A stretch of DNA of 64,000 nucleotides from Oscillospiraceae bacterium. Lineage in GTDB: Bacteria; Bacillota; Clostridia; UBA1212; UBA1255. The stretch's first letter is position 1; each line of letters starts with the position of its first letter. The stretch lies in the NCBI GenBank assembly GCA_015069185.1, contig SVJB01000006.1, positions 4,974-68,973 of the forward strand, in the 5' to 3' direction. Of the stretch, positions 40,116-49,190 are shown piece by piece. Below the pieces are notes generated by a model, which was given only the letters and a program-made list of their open reading frames with translations, was not told the origin of the DNA and searched no databases. Position numbers and translations under genes: made by a program.

Positions 40116-43100
40116 TCATTCAATATGTGCTGCAATTGCATATATACCGCCGGCTGCATCTGTCTCACAGGGCAAAATACGCAACTCTTTCATTTCTTTA
40201 TGTTCGCCAAAATCAATCTCAAGCAGGTTGAAAACTGTATTGCAACAATCAATCGCCTTACTATCACACCACAAATATCTCTGAGGATATTGAGGAGGCT
40301 GTACATTATCGTAATCTGCCTGCTCCAAAGTCGGAAAATCAGGCGTAATACTTCTGTCTGTTCCGTTTACATATGTAGCAAATCCTGCTATAACAGGGTT
40401 GCCGTATCCCATATCAATATTGCCCGGATGATATACATCGTATCTATAAATCGGTCTGATGAAAGCATCCTTCTTCTCTGCCTCAGCCTCAACAGTAAGC
40501 AGTTTACTAAAGACATCGTGATTATCAATAAATGCACTGCACAGGATATAAATCTTTTTCATCTTCTTGCCATCTAATGGTATTGTTACAACAGGATGTT
40601 TTTCTCTGCTGAAAGGTATGAATCCATTAGGATTGAGTGGCAGCGGAACACCGTCTATCATATCGATGCTCTTGTATGTTTCCCAAAGATCCTTCATAAA
40701 ATGATCAGGTCCCTGCATCATATGACCGTGAGACGGGTGTAGTCCGATTTCTTTCCAATAAAGAAGCGGTTTGCACTCTGCGTCATTAAGAGGTAGTGAA
40801 ATCACATTAGCATTAGCTACACGCGCTTCGATTATCACATCACTGCCGGCAGGTCCTGCCAAATATGCTTTATTCTTGCCCGGTGAGAAGATGTCATTTG
40901 CCTCCGGCACTTCAAATCTAATAACTGCCTTATCTCTGGCTCCTACGGTAGCCTGTGCTGAATATGAGAACTTATTATAAATAAGATGCCATTCACCTGT
41001 AAGCTCATATGTCAGTTGGTTTCTTACCTCAATCTCCACAATATTATCTGCCTCTATAAGCTTACCACTACAACTAATCTTAGGTAATACTGTTATCGGG
41101 CATGGATACAAGAAAGTCTGGTCCTTATATCTCAGCTTCAGGTAAACCATACGTCTGGCAAAGTTGGTGATACCGAACCAACCGTATTTTTCATACTTAT
41201 CCATGAGATTTTCACGGATATTACCGGAAAGTATGCCACTTTCCCATGTGTAATCAGCCAGCACTCCGCATCTGTCATCAATACCAACTAAAGTAGCATC
41301 ACCTGATACACGTACCTGCCATTTATCTGAGCAAGCAATAGACTTCTGATATTCACATTTAATATTAATAAGATCCCAGGTACATGTAACTGTAATATCA
41401 CCATCTGTACCTAACTCAAACTCAGCGCTGCTCCATCCACAATGTTGCTCCGGTACCTTACATACAGTATTTCCATTAACAGTCGCCTTTATAAGGCCTG
41501 CAGGAGGACACATTACATTCACTTTCTTAACTGTACTGTCTGTAATCCTGATGTTAAGAGTGAAACCATTTTCAATTGCTGTGTATGCTAATTCTGCTTC
41601 AGGAAGCTTCAGGTTTGCATACGGCCAGCTATCACAAATTGCAGGACTGATCGTTGTTGTATTCTCTATCTTATCTCTCTTCAATCCAAAAATTGATTCA
41701 ATAATTCCCTGTGAAAATACTGCTGCCGATGGTGAGAAATAAGCAAATCTCTTTTCGTTTGCTGTCTCCGGCCATGCACCTCTCTGATATTCGCTGCACA
41801 CGCGTTTGGCGATAAACGCAAGAGGCTTGACAGCCTGATTCTTCATTCCAGCCAAAGCATACGCAAAAGTAGCAAAAGGCTGCATGTCAGATCCACACTG
41901 CATACCCCATGTAGGCACCCAATCATAACAGTGATCTCCAAAGTGGTTTGTCTGATATATCTCGCCCTCCGGGCCGGATAAACGATGTACTAAGTGATCT
42001 AAAGCAGATACCTTATCTGCATCATCTATCTTATTGTAAATAACAGGATAAGTAATACCATGATACGTTGTCTCAAGGCGCAACTCGCCATTGATATCCT
42101 CATACCATGCCGGTCTGCCCAAATCTTTGAGCCATACAGTATCATGCCATTTTGCAAGACAACGTGCCGCTCTCTTCTCGTAAGCAGCTGCCTCCTGCTC
42201 TTTGCCAAGAAGCTTCTTGATATATGCCATAATAGTAAGCATCTGTACACCCTCGATTCCTGTCGAAGCACCTTTACCGGGCGTACTCTCAAAGTCTTCC
42301 TGATTTCCTATCTGTGTACCCCATGCAATAACGCCGTCATCTGTGGGGTCGTATTCTGCAAATGTCTGCCATAATGCTTTTTCCATAAAGGGTTCACATT
42401 CTGCGGCAAATTCAAGGTCACCTGTCATTTTTACATAATGTTCTACTTCTCTTAAGAAGAACTGGTTGTTACCACCCCAGTCACGACGACCCGTATTGTT
42501 TGTACACATGTCCGGAATAGCACCATTTGGGAAAACATGTTCCATTTGAGATCTGAGACAACGTCTGACACGGTCATATCTGCCATTCCACTCCTCTGCA
42601 GCTGTATGTTCCATATGCCACATTGTAGGCCAGTGCTGAATAGACTCAATCCAACCAAATGGATACAGCCACGCATATTCAACATTAAGGAGCGCATGAT
42701 CAAAAGCTTCATTTAGTATAGGATCAGGAGTATTGAGCTTCCAGTTAGAAAGCAGATCATCATAATAGTCAATAACCTTCTTTTCTTCGCAAATCGGGTC
42801 TGCCTTGGAGAGTGCTACCGCACGGCACTCATCTTCAGAAAAGCCTACCGTAACATATATATCACTGCCGAATGAGCTTACTACTGCATATGTACCGTAG
42901 CCATCCTCTGTATCCGGACGCTTCTCAATAGAAACGCTATCAAAAGCACCGTGAACAGAAGTAATAACTTTTCTTTCTTTTCTGCGAACTATAACGCAAT
43001 CATCTTTTATCTCGCAATAGCCCTCCTGGCAGTCAATCTCACTGCCTTTCATATTTTCGTTTGGTGAGAAATGCATAAAAGCAATATTTCCGTTACCAAA

Positions 43101-43505
43101 TTTAAGCCAGAACCTTCTTGGACTATCACTGTGTATATGAAGTAATCCTGCACCTTCTGTTGCGATTGTATCACTTGCATACAGAAGCGGACGCCATGTT
43201 GCAGTAAATGGCTCATCTCCATTTTCAAGCTTTACCTGAGAGTGAAGTCCGCCGGGAATATTGTCTGCAATTGTTTCGGGAGTACATTCATCATATGTAA
43301 TCCATGTCGGGGATGTCTCACCAAGACCAATCACAAATTTTGCTAATAGGACGTGATCTGCTCCTCTGTGATGATTGTTGTCATACGTCATAACTGCACT
43401 GTTTGGATATGCCTGACGCATAAAAATCATACATTTCTGATAAGCAGTAGCACGCTCATCAAGATCATTTAAAGATGGTGTTATGTCACTTTCGCGTATT
43501 TTCAT
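40116..43505 (-). CDS. Large putative (alpha/alpha)6-barrel glycoside hydrolase (GH116/78/94-like architecture), unclassified
   Basis: LNTPDPILNEAF, NGAIP, YVKMTGDLEF, DPTDDG, NQEDFE, GAWPE and IFGL...ISPAI...WP. Confidence 0.55.
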   Translation of the reverse strand: MKIRESDITPSLNDLDERATAYQKCMIFMRQAYPNSAVMTYDNNHHRGADHVLLAKFVIGLGETSPTWITYDECTPETIADNIPGGLHSQVKLENGDEPFTATWRPLLYASDTIATEGAGLLHIHSDSPRRFWLKFGNGNIAFMHFSPNENMKGSEIDCQEGYCEIKDDCVIVRRKERKVITSVHGAFDSVSIEKRPDTEDGYGTYAVVSSFGSDIYVTVGFSEDECRAVALSKADPICEEKKVIDYYDDLLSNWKLNTPDPILNEAFDHALLNVEYAWLYPFGWIESIQHWPTMWHMEHTAAEEWNGRYDRVRRCLRSQMEHVFPNGAIPDMCTNNTGRRDWGGNNQFFLREVEHYVKMTGDLEFAAECEPFMEKALWQTFAEYDPTDDGVIAWGTQIGNQEDFESTPGKGASTGIEGVQMLTIMAYIKKLLGKEQEAAAYEKRAARCLAKWHDTVWLKDLGRPAWYEDINGELRLETTYHGITYPVIYNKIDDADKVSALDHLVHRLSGPEGEIYQTNHFGDHCYDWVPTWGMQCGSDMQPFATFAYALAGMKNQAVKPLAFIAKRVCSEYQRGAWPETANEKRFAYFSPSAAVFSQGIIESIFGLKRDKIENTTTISPAICDSWPYANLKLPEAELAYTAIENGFTLNIRITDSTVKKVNVMCPPAGLIKATVNGNTVCKVPEQHCGWSSAEFELGTDGDITVTCTWDLINIKCEYQKSIACSDKWQVRVSGDATLVGIDDRCGVLADYTWESGILSGNIRENLMDKYEKYGWFGITNFARRMVYLKLRYKDQTFLYPCPITVLPKISCSGKLIEADNIVEIEVRNQLTYELTGEWHLIYNKFSYSAQATVGARDKAVIRFEVPEANDIFSPGKNKAYLAGPAGSDVIIEARVANANVISLPLNDAECKPLLYWKEIGLHPSHGHMMQGPDHFMKDLWETYKSIDMIDGVPLPLNPNGFIPFSREKHPVVTIPLDGKKMKKIYILCSAFIDNHDVFSKLLTVEAEAEKKDAFIRPIYRYDVYHPGNIDMGYGNPVIAGFATYVNGTDRSITPDFPTLEQADYDNVQPPQYPQRYLWCDSKAIDCCNTVFNLLEIDFGEHKEMKELRILPCETDAAGGIYAIAAHIE

Positions 43506-43543
43506 ATCGAAAACCTCCGATTAAGTTTATAATGATGGTACAG

Positions 43544-43600
43544 ATTATATTTGCATTATATGTGTATATCAATGCACAAGATAGAAAAAAAATGGACAAA
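43544..43600 (-). promoter_or_regulatory. Promoter of the hydrolase operon with upstream activator-like box
   Basis: TTGATA-N17-TATAAT; TTTGTCCATT (43600-43591) and a second half-site CTTGTGCATT overlapping the -35. Confidence 0.65.
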
Positions 43601-43687
43601 ACCGAACAAAGCAAAAAAATTTTCCTGTTTTTTCTGTTGCCATACTAAAAAAAAGATGCTATATTAATAGCAATCGGAGGGGTATTC

Positions 43688-44452
43688 ATGAAAAAAATCA
43701 ACCAGGTAGGTTATTTATATGAAAACACATACCGCGTAAGTTTACACACTCATGATTATTGGGAGGTTGTATATTATACAAAAGGGCACGGCTTCGTTGA
43801 GATCAATAATGAGGTTATTGATTTTTGCGAGCATGATGTCTTTGTTATTCCGCCGGGAATTCCTCATTCAGACTACTCTGATACCGGTTTTCAGAACTAT
43901 AACTACACATTCACAGATGACAACTTTAATCATCTTACCTATATGAAGCTACATGATACAGAAAACAATGATGTTCTTACCATCATGGCTCAGCTTTATC
44001 ATGAGTATATAATCAAGAGAAAAAATTATCAGAATATTCTGGATGCTCTTCACGTTGTGTTATATCACTACATTCATACTCTGATTGACGAGAATGACAG
44101 CAATCGTTTTGTTACTATGGTTATAAACGAGATAATCAATAATATCTCAAATCCTTACTACAAGATACAAGACACACTAAAGAAAGTTAATTTGACTCCT
44201 GATTATTTCCGTAAGCTATTCTTTGATGAAACAGGCAAGACGCCTCTTCAGTATCTGACACATAAGCGTATTTCTTATGCAAAGGATCTACTCAGACTAC
44301 AATCTCATTCCGGTCTGTCTATTCACGAGATCTCCTGGAACGCAGGATTTTCGGATAATTACTATTTCTCAAGAGTATTCAAAAAATATACAGGCCTGAG
44401 CCCCAAAGGATGGCTCAGGCAAGAATCAGAAAAGAAAAAGACAGAAGAATAA
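43688..44452 (+). CDS. AraC-family transcriptional regulator
   Basis: LHTHDYWEVVY, IPPGIPH cupin; GFSDNYYFSRVFKKYTGLSP. Confidence 0.93.
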   Translation: MKKINQVGYLYENTYRVSLHTHDYWEVVYYTKGHGFVEINNEVIDFCEHDVFVIPPGIPHSDYSDTGFQNYNYTFTDDNFNHLTYMKLHDTENNDVLTIMAQLYHEYIIKRKNYQNILDALHVVLYHYIHTLIDENDSNRFVTMVINEIINNISNPYYKIQDTLKKVNLTPDYFRKLFFDETGKTPLQYLTHKRISYAKDLLRLQSHSGLSIHEISWNAGFSDNYYFSRVFKKYTGLSPKGWLRQESEKKKTEE

Positions 44453-44457
44453 TCTGT

Positions 44458-45150
44458 TTATTTCTGTCCGTAATACGCGTTAGGTCCGTGTTTTCTTGAA
44501 TAATGTTTATCAAGAATATACTGACCCATTTCTGCGTCTTTGTTAAGTATTAATGTTTTCAATGCCATTTCTGCTACTTTTTCCATAACAACGGCATTAT
44601 ACACACTGCCGGCAGCATCTTTGCCCCATGTAAAAGGTCCGTGATTACGTACAACAATGCCGGGTCTTTCCATAGCAGCATAGCCAAGTCCATTGATCGT
44701 CTCAATAATAACCTTGCCTGTATTTACTTCATATGCCTCTTCAATTTCCTCCTTGGTAAGAGCTCTGGTACAAGGAATATCTCCGTAGAAAGCATCTGCG
44801 TGTGTTGTGCCGAGAGCATAAATTGGCATACCTGCCTGTGCGAATGCAACTGCATTGATTGAATGTGTATGTGTGATACCACCAATTTCAGGATAAGCAT
44901 TATATAATTCCAGATGTGTAGCAGTGTCAGAGGAAGGCTTCCATTTACCCTCTACTTTATTTCCCTGCAAATCAACAACTACCATATCATCTGCCGTCAT
45001 CGTTGCGTAATCAACGCCGGACGGCTTAATAACAACTAATCCCTTCTCACGGTCAATGCCACTTACATTGCCCCATGTATATACAACAACACCTTTATCA
45101 ACAAGATCAAGGTTAGCTTCAAAAACCTGTTTCTTTAATTCTTCTAACAT
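44458..45150 (-). CDS. araD: L-ribulose-5-phosphate 4-epimerase
   Basis: [40 protein letters not shown] and [10 protein letters not shown]. Confidence 0.95.
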   Translation of the reverse strand: MLEELKKQVFEANLDLVDKGVVVYTWGNVSGIDREKGLVVIKPSGVDYATMTADDMVVVDLQGNKVEGKWKPSSDTATHLELYNAYPEIGGITHTHSINAVAFAQAGMPIYALGTTHADAFYGDIPCTRALTKEEIEEAYEVNTGKVIIETINGLGYAAMERPGIVVRNHGPFTWGKDAAGSVYNAVVMEKVAEMALKTLILNKDAEMGQYILDKHYSRKHGPNAYYGQK

Positions 45151-45188
45151 AACAAGCTCCTTTTTCAATAAAATCATTGTGCTTTGAC

Positions 45189-45327
45189 AGTTTACATGTT
45201 CCTTGTGAAAAAAGCAATAAAAAAAAACTTTTTTTTATCAGACAAATCAGTTATTATATTTAGTCGTATTTGTCCATTAAATTCTCGCTTTTTTCCATTG
45301 AGAGAGTATGGTATTATGTTGTATAAA
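45189..45327. promoter_or_regulatory. Divergent promoters for araD and the isomerase-kinase operon, each with a TTTGTC box
   Basis: Minus strand: TTTGTCTGAT (45246), then TTGCTT-N17-TAAACT. Plus strand: TTTGTCCATT (45269), TTTTTCCATT (45290), then TTGAGA-N18-TATAAA. Confidence 0.6.
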
Positions 45328-45361
45328 ATACATAAAAAATAGTGAAAAGGAAGACTGAACT

Positions 45362-46552
45362 ATGAATGACAAAACTACTATAATTCGTAAATATTTTCAG
45401 GATCAGGGTGGCATTCTCCCCTTGATACCAATATTTGTTCCCAGACGTTTCGGTGATGCCGGCAGACGTCTCCGTTTACACCCGGATGATTATTATGCAC
45501 TGGGCACTAAGAGAGGTTCTATCAAAGAACGTTGGTTCTCTTCTGTTATCGCTGCCATGAACGGCCCCGATGCTGCTCCTGATGAAGGAATGAGCTATGT
45601 TAACATGAAGGATGCCTGTGAAGAAAAGATTTCTCTTAAAGATTTCGTTGATACGCTCAAAGGCGAACTTATCGGCGAGAGCTGTTATGCACGTCACCAG
45701 ACTTGGCCTATGTACTCAAAGTTCTTTGACTATGAGGGACCGCTTTTCCACCATATGCATTTAGGCTTTGAAGAAGCCGCACGTGTTGGGAAGTTAGGCA
45801 AGCCCGAGGCATATTATTACCCACCGCAGTACAACAACTACCCAGGTAAGTTCCCTCATACATATTTTGGTTTCACATCAGATGTAACAAAAGAGGATCT
45901 TGTTGAGGCACTTAAAGATTACATGAACAGAGATCTCAGAATCACTGAGCTGTCCAAGGCCTACAGAATTGAGCTTGGCACAGGTTGGTACACTGCTCCG
46001 GGCGTACTCCACGCTCCCGGTTCTTACCTCACATACGAGCCACAGTGGAATTCCGACGTTAATGCGGTATTTGAGAATATTACAGATAATGAAATTTACG
46101 ATGATAGCTTCCTGTATGAGAACTGTCCTGAAGACAAGGTTGGCGATCCCGAATATGTTGTCAGCATGATGGATTGGGAAAAGAACGTAGATCCCAAGTA
46201 TAAGGAACACTTCTTCCGCGCACCAATTGTGCTCAGCCAGGATGAGAACCACACACAGAAGCAGGTTGTTTACGGAAATGAATATATTGCAGCCAAAGAA
46301 CTTACAGTTAACCCCGGTTGCACAGCTGTTATCACAGACGATACTGCATATGGTTGTATCATTACTCAAGGATACGGCAAGATCGACAATCATTCTTGTG
46401 CTACTGCTACAATGCTTCGTTTCGGTCAGAAGAGTGAAGATGAATTCTTTGTTTCATACGGAGCAGCAACAAAGGGTGTTACAGTAACCAACTTAAGTAG
46501 TACTGAGCCACTGGTAATGCTGAAGCACTATCCTGCTCCTGAGCAACAATAA
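45362..46552 (+). CDS. Uncharacterised cupin protein, type I phosphomannose-isomerase-like (putative sugar isomerase)
   Basis: ERW, SKFFD, HHMH, KPEAYY, PGVLHAPG and YEPQ match the PMI metal-site pattern. Confidence 0.6.
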   Translation: MNDKTTIIRKYFQDQGGILPLIPIFVPRRFGDAGRRLRLHPDDYYALGTKRGSIKERWFSSVIAAMNGPDAAPDEGMSYVNMKDACEEKISLKDFVDTLKGELIGESCYARHQTWPMYSKFFDYEGPLFHHMHLGFEEAARVGKLGKPEAYYYPPQYNNYPGKFPHTYFGFTSDVTKEDLVEALKDYMNRDLRITELSKAYRIELGTGWYTAPGVLHAPGSYLTYEPQWNSDVNAVFENITDNEIYDDSFLYENCPEDKVGDPEYVVSMMDWEKNVDPKYKEHFFRAPIVLSQDENHTQKQVVYGNEYIAAKELTVNPGCTAVITDDTAYGCIITQGYGKIDNHSCATATMLRFGQKSEDEFFVSYGAATKGVTVTNLSSTEPLVMLKHYPAPEQQ

Positions 46553-46579
46553 TCGACAAATCTCAAAGGAGTTTTCACC

Positions 46580-48049
46580 ATGGAAAAGTTTCTTATGGGT
46601 ATTGATATTGGTGGCACTAACATTAAGGCTGCAATATTTGATACAAACGGAAATGAAATAAGCAAATCAAGCCGTCAAACGCCGGTAGAGGTAAAGCAAG
46701 ACATCTATCATATGCGTGATATGGATGTTTTGTGGGATAAGATTATAGAGATTATCAAGGAATCAGTCGAGAAAGCATCTATTCTCCCACAACAGATTGC
46801 CGCTATCGGCACTACAGGACATGGCAAAGGTATGTATCTTTGGGGAAAAGATAATAAGCCCTGCTACCACGGCGTTCCGTCTACAGATCGTAGAGCTGAA
46901 GGTGTTGTTGCCAAGTGGAAAGCAGATGGTACATGTGAAGAGGCCCGCAAGCTTACTTTGCAGAATACTCTTGCTTGTCAGCCGGTTGCTTTGCTTGCAT
47001 GGCTTAAAGAGTTTGAACCTCAGGCATATTCAAATGTTCAATGGATTTTTGAGGCCAAAGACTATGTTCGCTTCATGTTGACCGGAGAGCCAATGGCAGA
47101 ATACACAGATACTTCGGGTACATGCACCATGAATCTGATAACAAAGGAATACGATGAGCGTATCATGGAAATATACGGTATCCCTGAAATGTTTTCTTGT
47201 CTACCGCCACTTCGCAAATCAAGTGATCTTTGTGGATATGTCAGTGAGAAGGCAGCCGTGCAAACAGGACTCTGCCCAGGCACACCTGTTTGTGGTGGTA
47301 TGTTTGATATTGACGCCTGTGCTATTGCAATGGATGTGTCCTCGCCAGAGCCATTATGTATTGTCACAGGAACATGGAGCATTAATATTTACCTTTCAGA
47401 AAATCGCGTTGACCCTAGGCACCCTGTTAACCATTCCCTTTTCTGTGTTCCGGGATATTACCTCATAGAAGAGAGCAGTCCTACATCTGCCGGCAATCTT
47501 GACTGGGTACTGTCAACTTTGTTTGGCCTTGATGAGCCGGATTATAAAGATATTGATAATCAAGTAGCAAATCTTGATCCGGATTCCAGCAATGTTTTCT
47601 TTCTTCCTTTTTTATATGGCAGTAACTCTGATACTGTTAGAAATGCAGTTTTTGCAGGACTTAACAGTGGTCATAGTCGCGCAGATGTACTGAGGGCTGT
47701 ATATGAGGGCGTTGTATTTTCACATAAGCAACATATAGATAAGCTTCTCGTTCACCGTAGCACTCCCCCATTTGCCAGAGTTGGTGGCGGTGGAGCTAAC
47801 TCAGATGTTTGGATGCAAATGTTCGCAGACATTTTGAATATGAATGTAGAAGTGGTCGAAGGTAAAGAGCTTGGTGCTAAGGGAGCTGCTATGGCAGCTG
47901 CAATATGTTCAGGAATGTATACAGGCTATCCCGAAGCGGCAAATAGCATGGTACGCATACGCAAGACCTTCTATCCAAACCCTGTAATGCATGAAAAATA
48001 TTTAAAGAAATACGAAACTTACAATAAACTAAGTAATGGTAATTTATAA
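46580..48049 (+). CDS. lyxK: FGGY kinase, L-xylulokinase/3-keto-L-gulonate kinase (LyxK-like)
   Basis: GIDIGGTNIK, TGHGKGMYL, STDRRA, GGMFDIDAC, GTWSIN, SPTSAGNL and FLPFLYGSN. Confidence 0.8.
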   Translation: MEKFLMGIDIGGTNIKAAIFDTNGNEISKSSRQTPVEVKQDIYHMRDMDVLWDKIIEIIKESVEKASILPQQIAAIGTTGHGKGMYLWGKDNKPCYHGVPSTDRRAEGVVAKWKADGTCEEARKLTLQNTLACQPVALLAWLKEFEPQAYSNVQWIFEAKDYVRFMLTGEPMAEYTDTSGTCTMNLITKEYDERIMEIYGIPEMFSCLPPLRKSSDLCGYVSEKAAVQTGLCPGTPVCGGMFDIDACAIAMDVSSPEPLCIVTGTWSINIYLSENRVDPRHPVNHSLFCVPGYYLIEESSPTSAGNLDWVLSTLFGLDEPDYKDIDNQVANLDPDSSNVFFLPFLYGSNSDTVRNAVFAGLNSGHSRADVLRAVYEGVVFSHKQHIDKLLVHRSTPPFARVGGGGANSDVWMQMFADILNMNVEVVEGKELGAKGAAMAAAICSGMYTGYPEAANSMVRIRKTFYPNPVMHEKYLKKYETYNKLSNGNL

Positions 48050-48081
48050 TTATCTCTTTCTAATTTGAATTGCTAAACAAT

Positions 48082-48113
48082 AAACCTCCGGTTTTATATT
48101 ATTCCGGAGGTTT
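48082..48113. terminator. Bidirectional terminator
   Basis: AAACCTCCGG...CCGGAGGTTT between convergent genes. Confidence 0.7.
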
Positions 48114-48142
48114 GCTTTATTTATCATTTTATAAGCCAAAAA

Positions 48143-49006
48143 TCAATCCCAGATTCCATCTGCTATACATCTGAAAATAGACGCTAAATGCTTCATAGCA
48201 TTAGTGTTAAGTTCTTTGGACTCTTTTGGGAATTTGAATGAGCAGCCTGTCTCACTTGACAAAATCAAATCTGTAGTCTGGTATACTTCAGAGAAAGCCT
48301 TCCAATCAGCTGTTCCTAAGAATGGCCATACATGGCTGTCTACAGTACCATGATTATCGTGCACATGAAGGGCCCTTACCCATTTCTTGCATTTATTCAG
48401 CATATCTGCAGGTGAATCTTGAGTAATAAGTGCATGTCCTGTATCCAAACATAATCCTATATTTTCATCGTTAATTTCCTCTACCAAATCATATAAAGCA
48501 GTAAGTTTTGATACTGACAAAGCGCGTGAGGGCATATTTTCAATACAAACTGTCACGTTGTTGGCCTTAGCAACAGGCAATAATGCCAATAAAAAATCCT
48601 TATTTGCCTGATATGTTTCCTGTTCAAATGCATGATCAGCTGAGTCATCCCAACCATATGGCATGATTGGATGTACAACCATTCTCTTGCATCCCATAAT
48701 ACCAGCCCCTTCAATACTTCTCTTAACTAAGGCTGTCATAAATGCTCTTTGTTCCTCAGTCTTATCGTCCGTTCTCCATGGAGCATGAGATTGTCCGATC
48801 TCCACTCCGGCCAGCTCAGCGTTTTTCTTAATAGTGAGGAAATGCTCTGTGTATTCATCATCATTCATTTTAAACAATCTGCTATTAATATCGTTAAAGC
48901 CGTTGTAGTCCACGCTGTCAAAGCCCCAATCCTTTATCTCTTGCAGATCTTTAGGATTCTGTCCCCAAACAGAATTATTTATTGTATGAATTCCTATTTT
49001 ATGCAT
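48143..49006 (-). CDS. Sugar phosphate isomerase/epimerase (xylose-isomerase-like TIM barrel)
   Basis: QSHAP, VVHP, CIENM, CLDTGH, LHVHDN, DSH and SSE metal ligands. Confidence 0.85.
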   Translation of the reverse strand: MHKIGIHTINNSVWGQNPKDLQEIKDWGFDSVDYNGFNDINSRLFKMNDDEYTEHFLTIKKNAELAGVEIGQSHAPWRTDDKTEEQRAFMTALVKRSIEGAGIMGCKRMVVHPIMPYGWDDSADHAFEQETYQANKDFLLALLPVAKANNVTVCIENMPSRALSVSKLTALYDLVEEINDENIGLCLDTGHALITQDSPADMLNKCKKWVRALHVHDNHGTVDSHVWPFLGTADWKAFSEVYQTTDLILSSETGCSFKFPKESKELNTNAMKHLASIFRCIADGIWD

Positions 49007-49153
49007 TATGTACACCTCCGATTATATTATCACTTTCTTATCTTCTTGCACTGTATTGTATATGTACTTCTAACAGTCATTATATATGTATTTGTGATAA
49101 TTACAAGAATCTGCAGTATTATATTTTTTTAGTCATTTCTATAAAAACAAAAA

Positions 49154-49175
49154 AGCGGGACTAAATAGTCCCGCT
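49154..49175 (-). terminator. Intrinsic terminator
   Basis: AGCGGGACTA/TAGTCCCGCT followed by a T-run on the minus strand. Confidence 0.75.
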
Positions 49176-49190
49176 AAAATTCAGAAATAA

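Noticed and set aside
36974-48049. L-ascorbate (ula/yia) or L-arabinose operon
   Set aside because: No ulaABC, ulaG, ulaD/sgbH, yiaK, araA or araB in the window; the context is glycoside hydrolases
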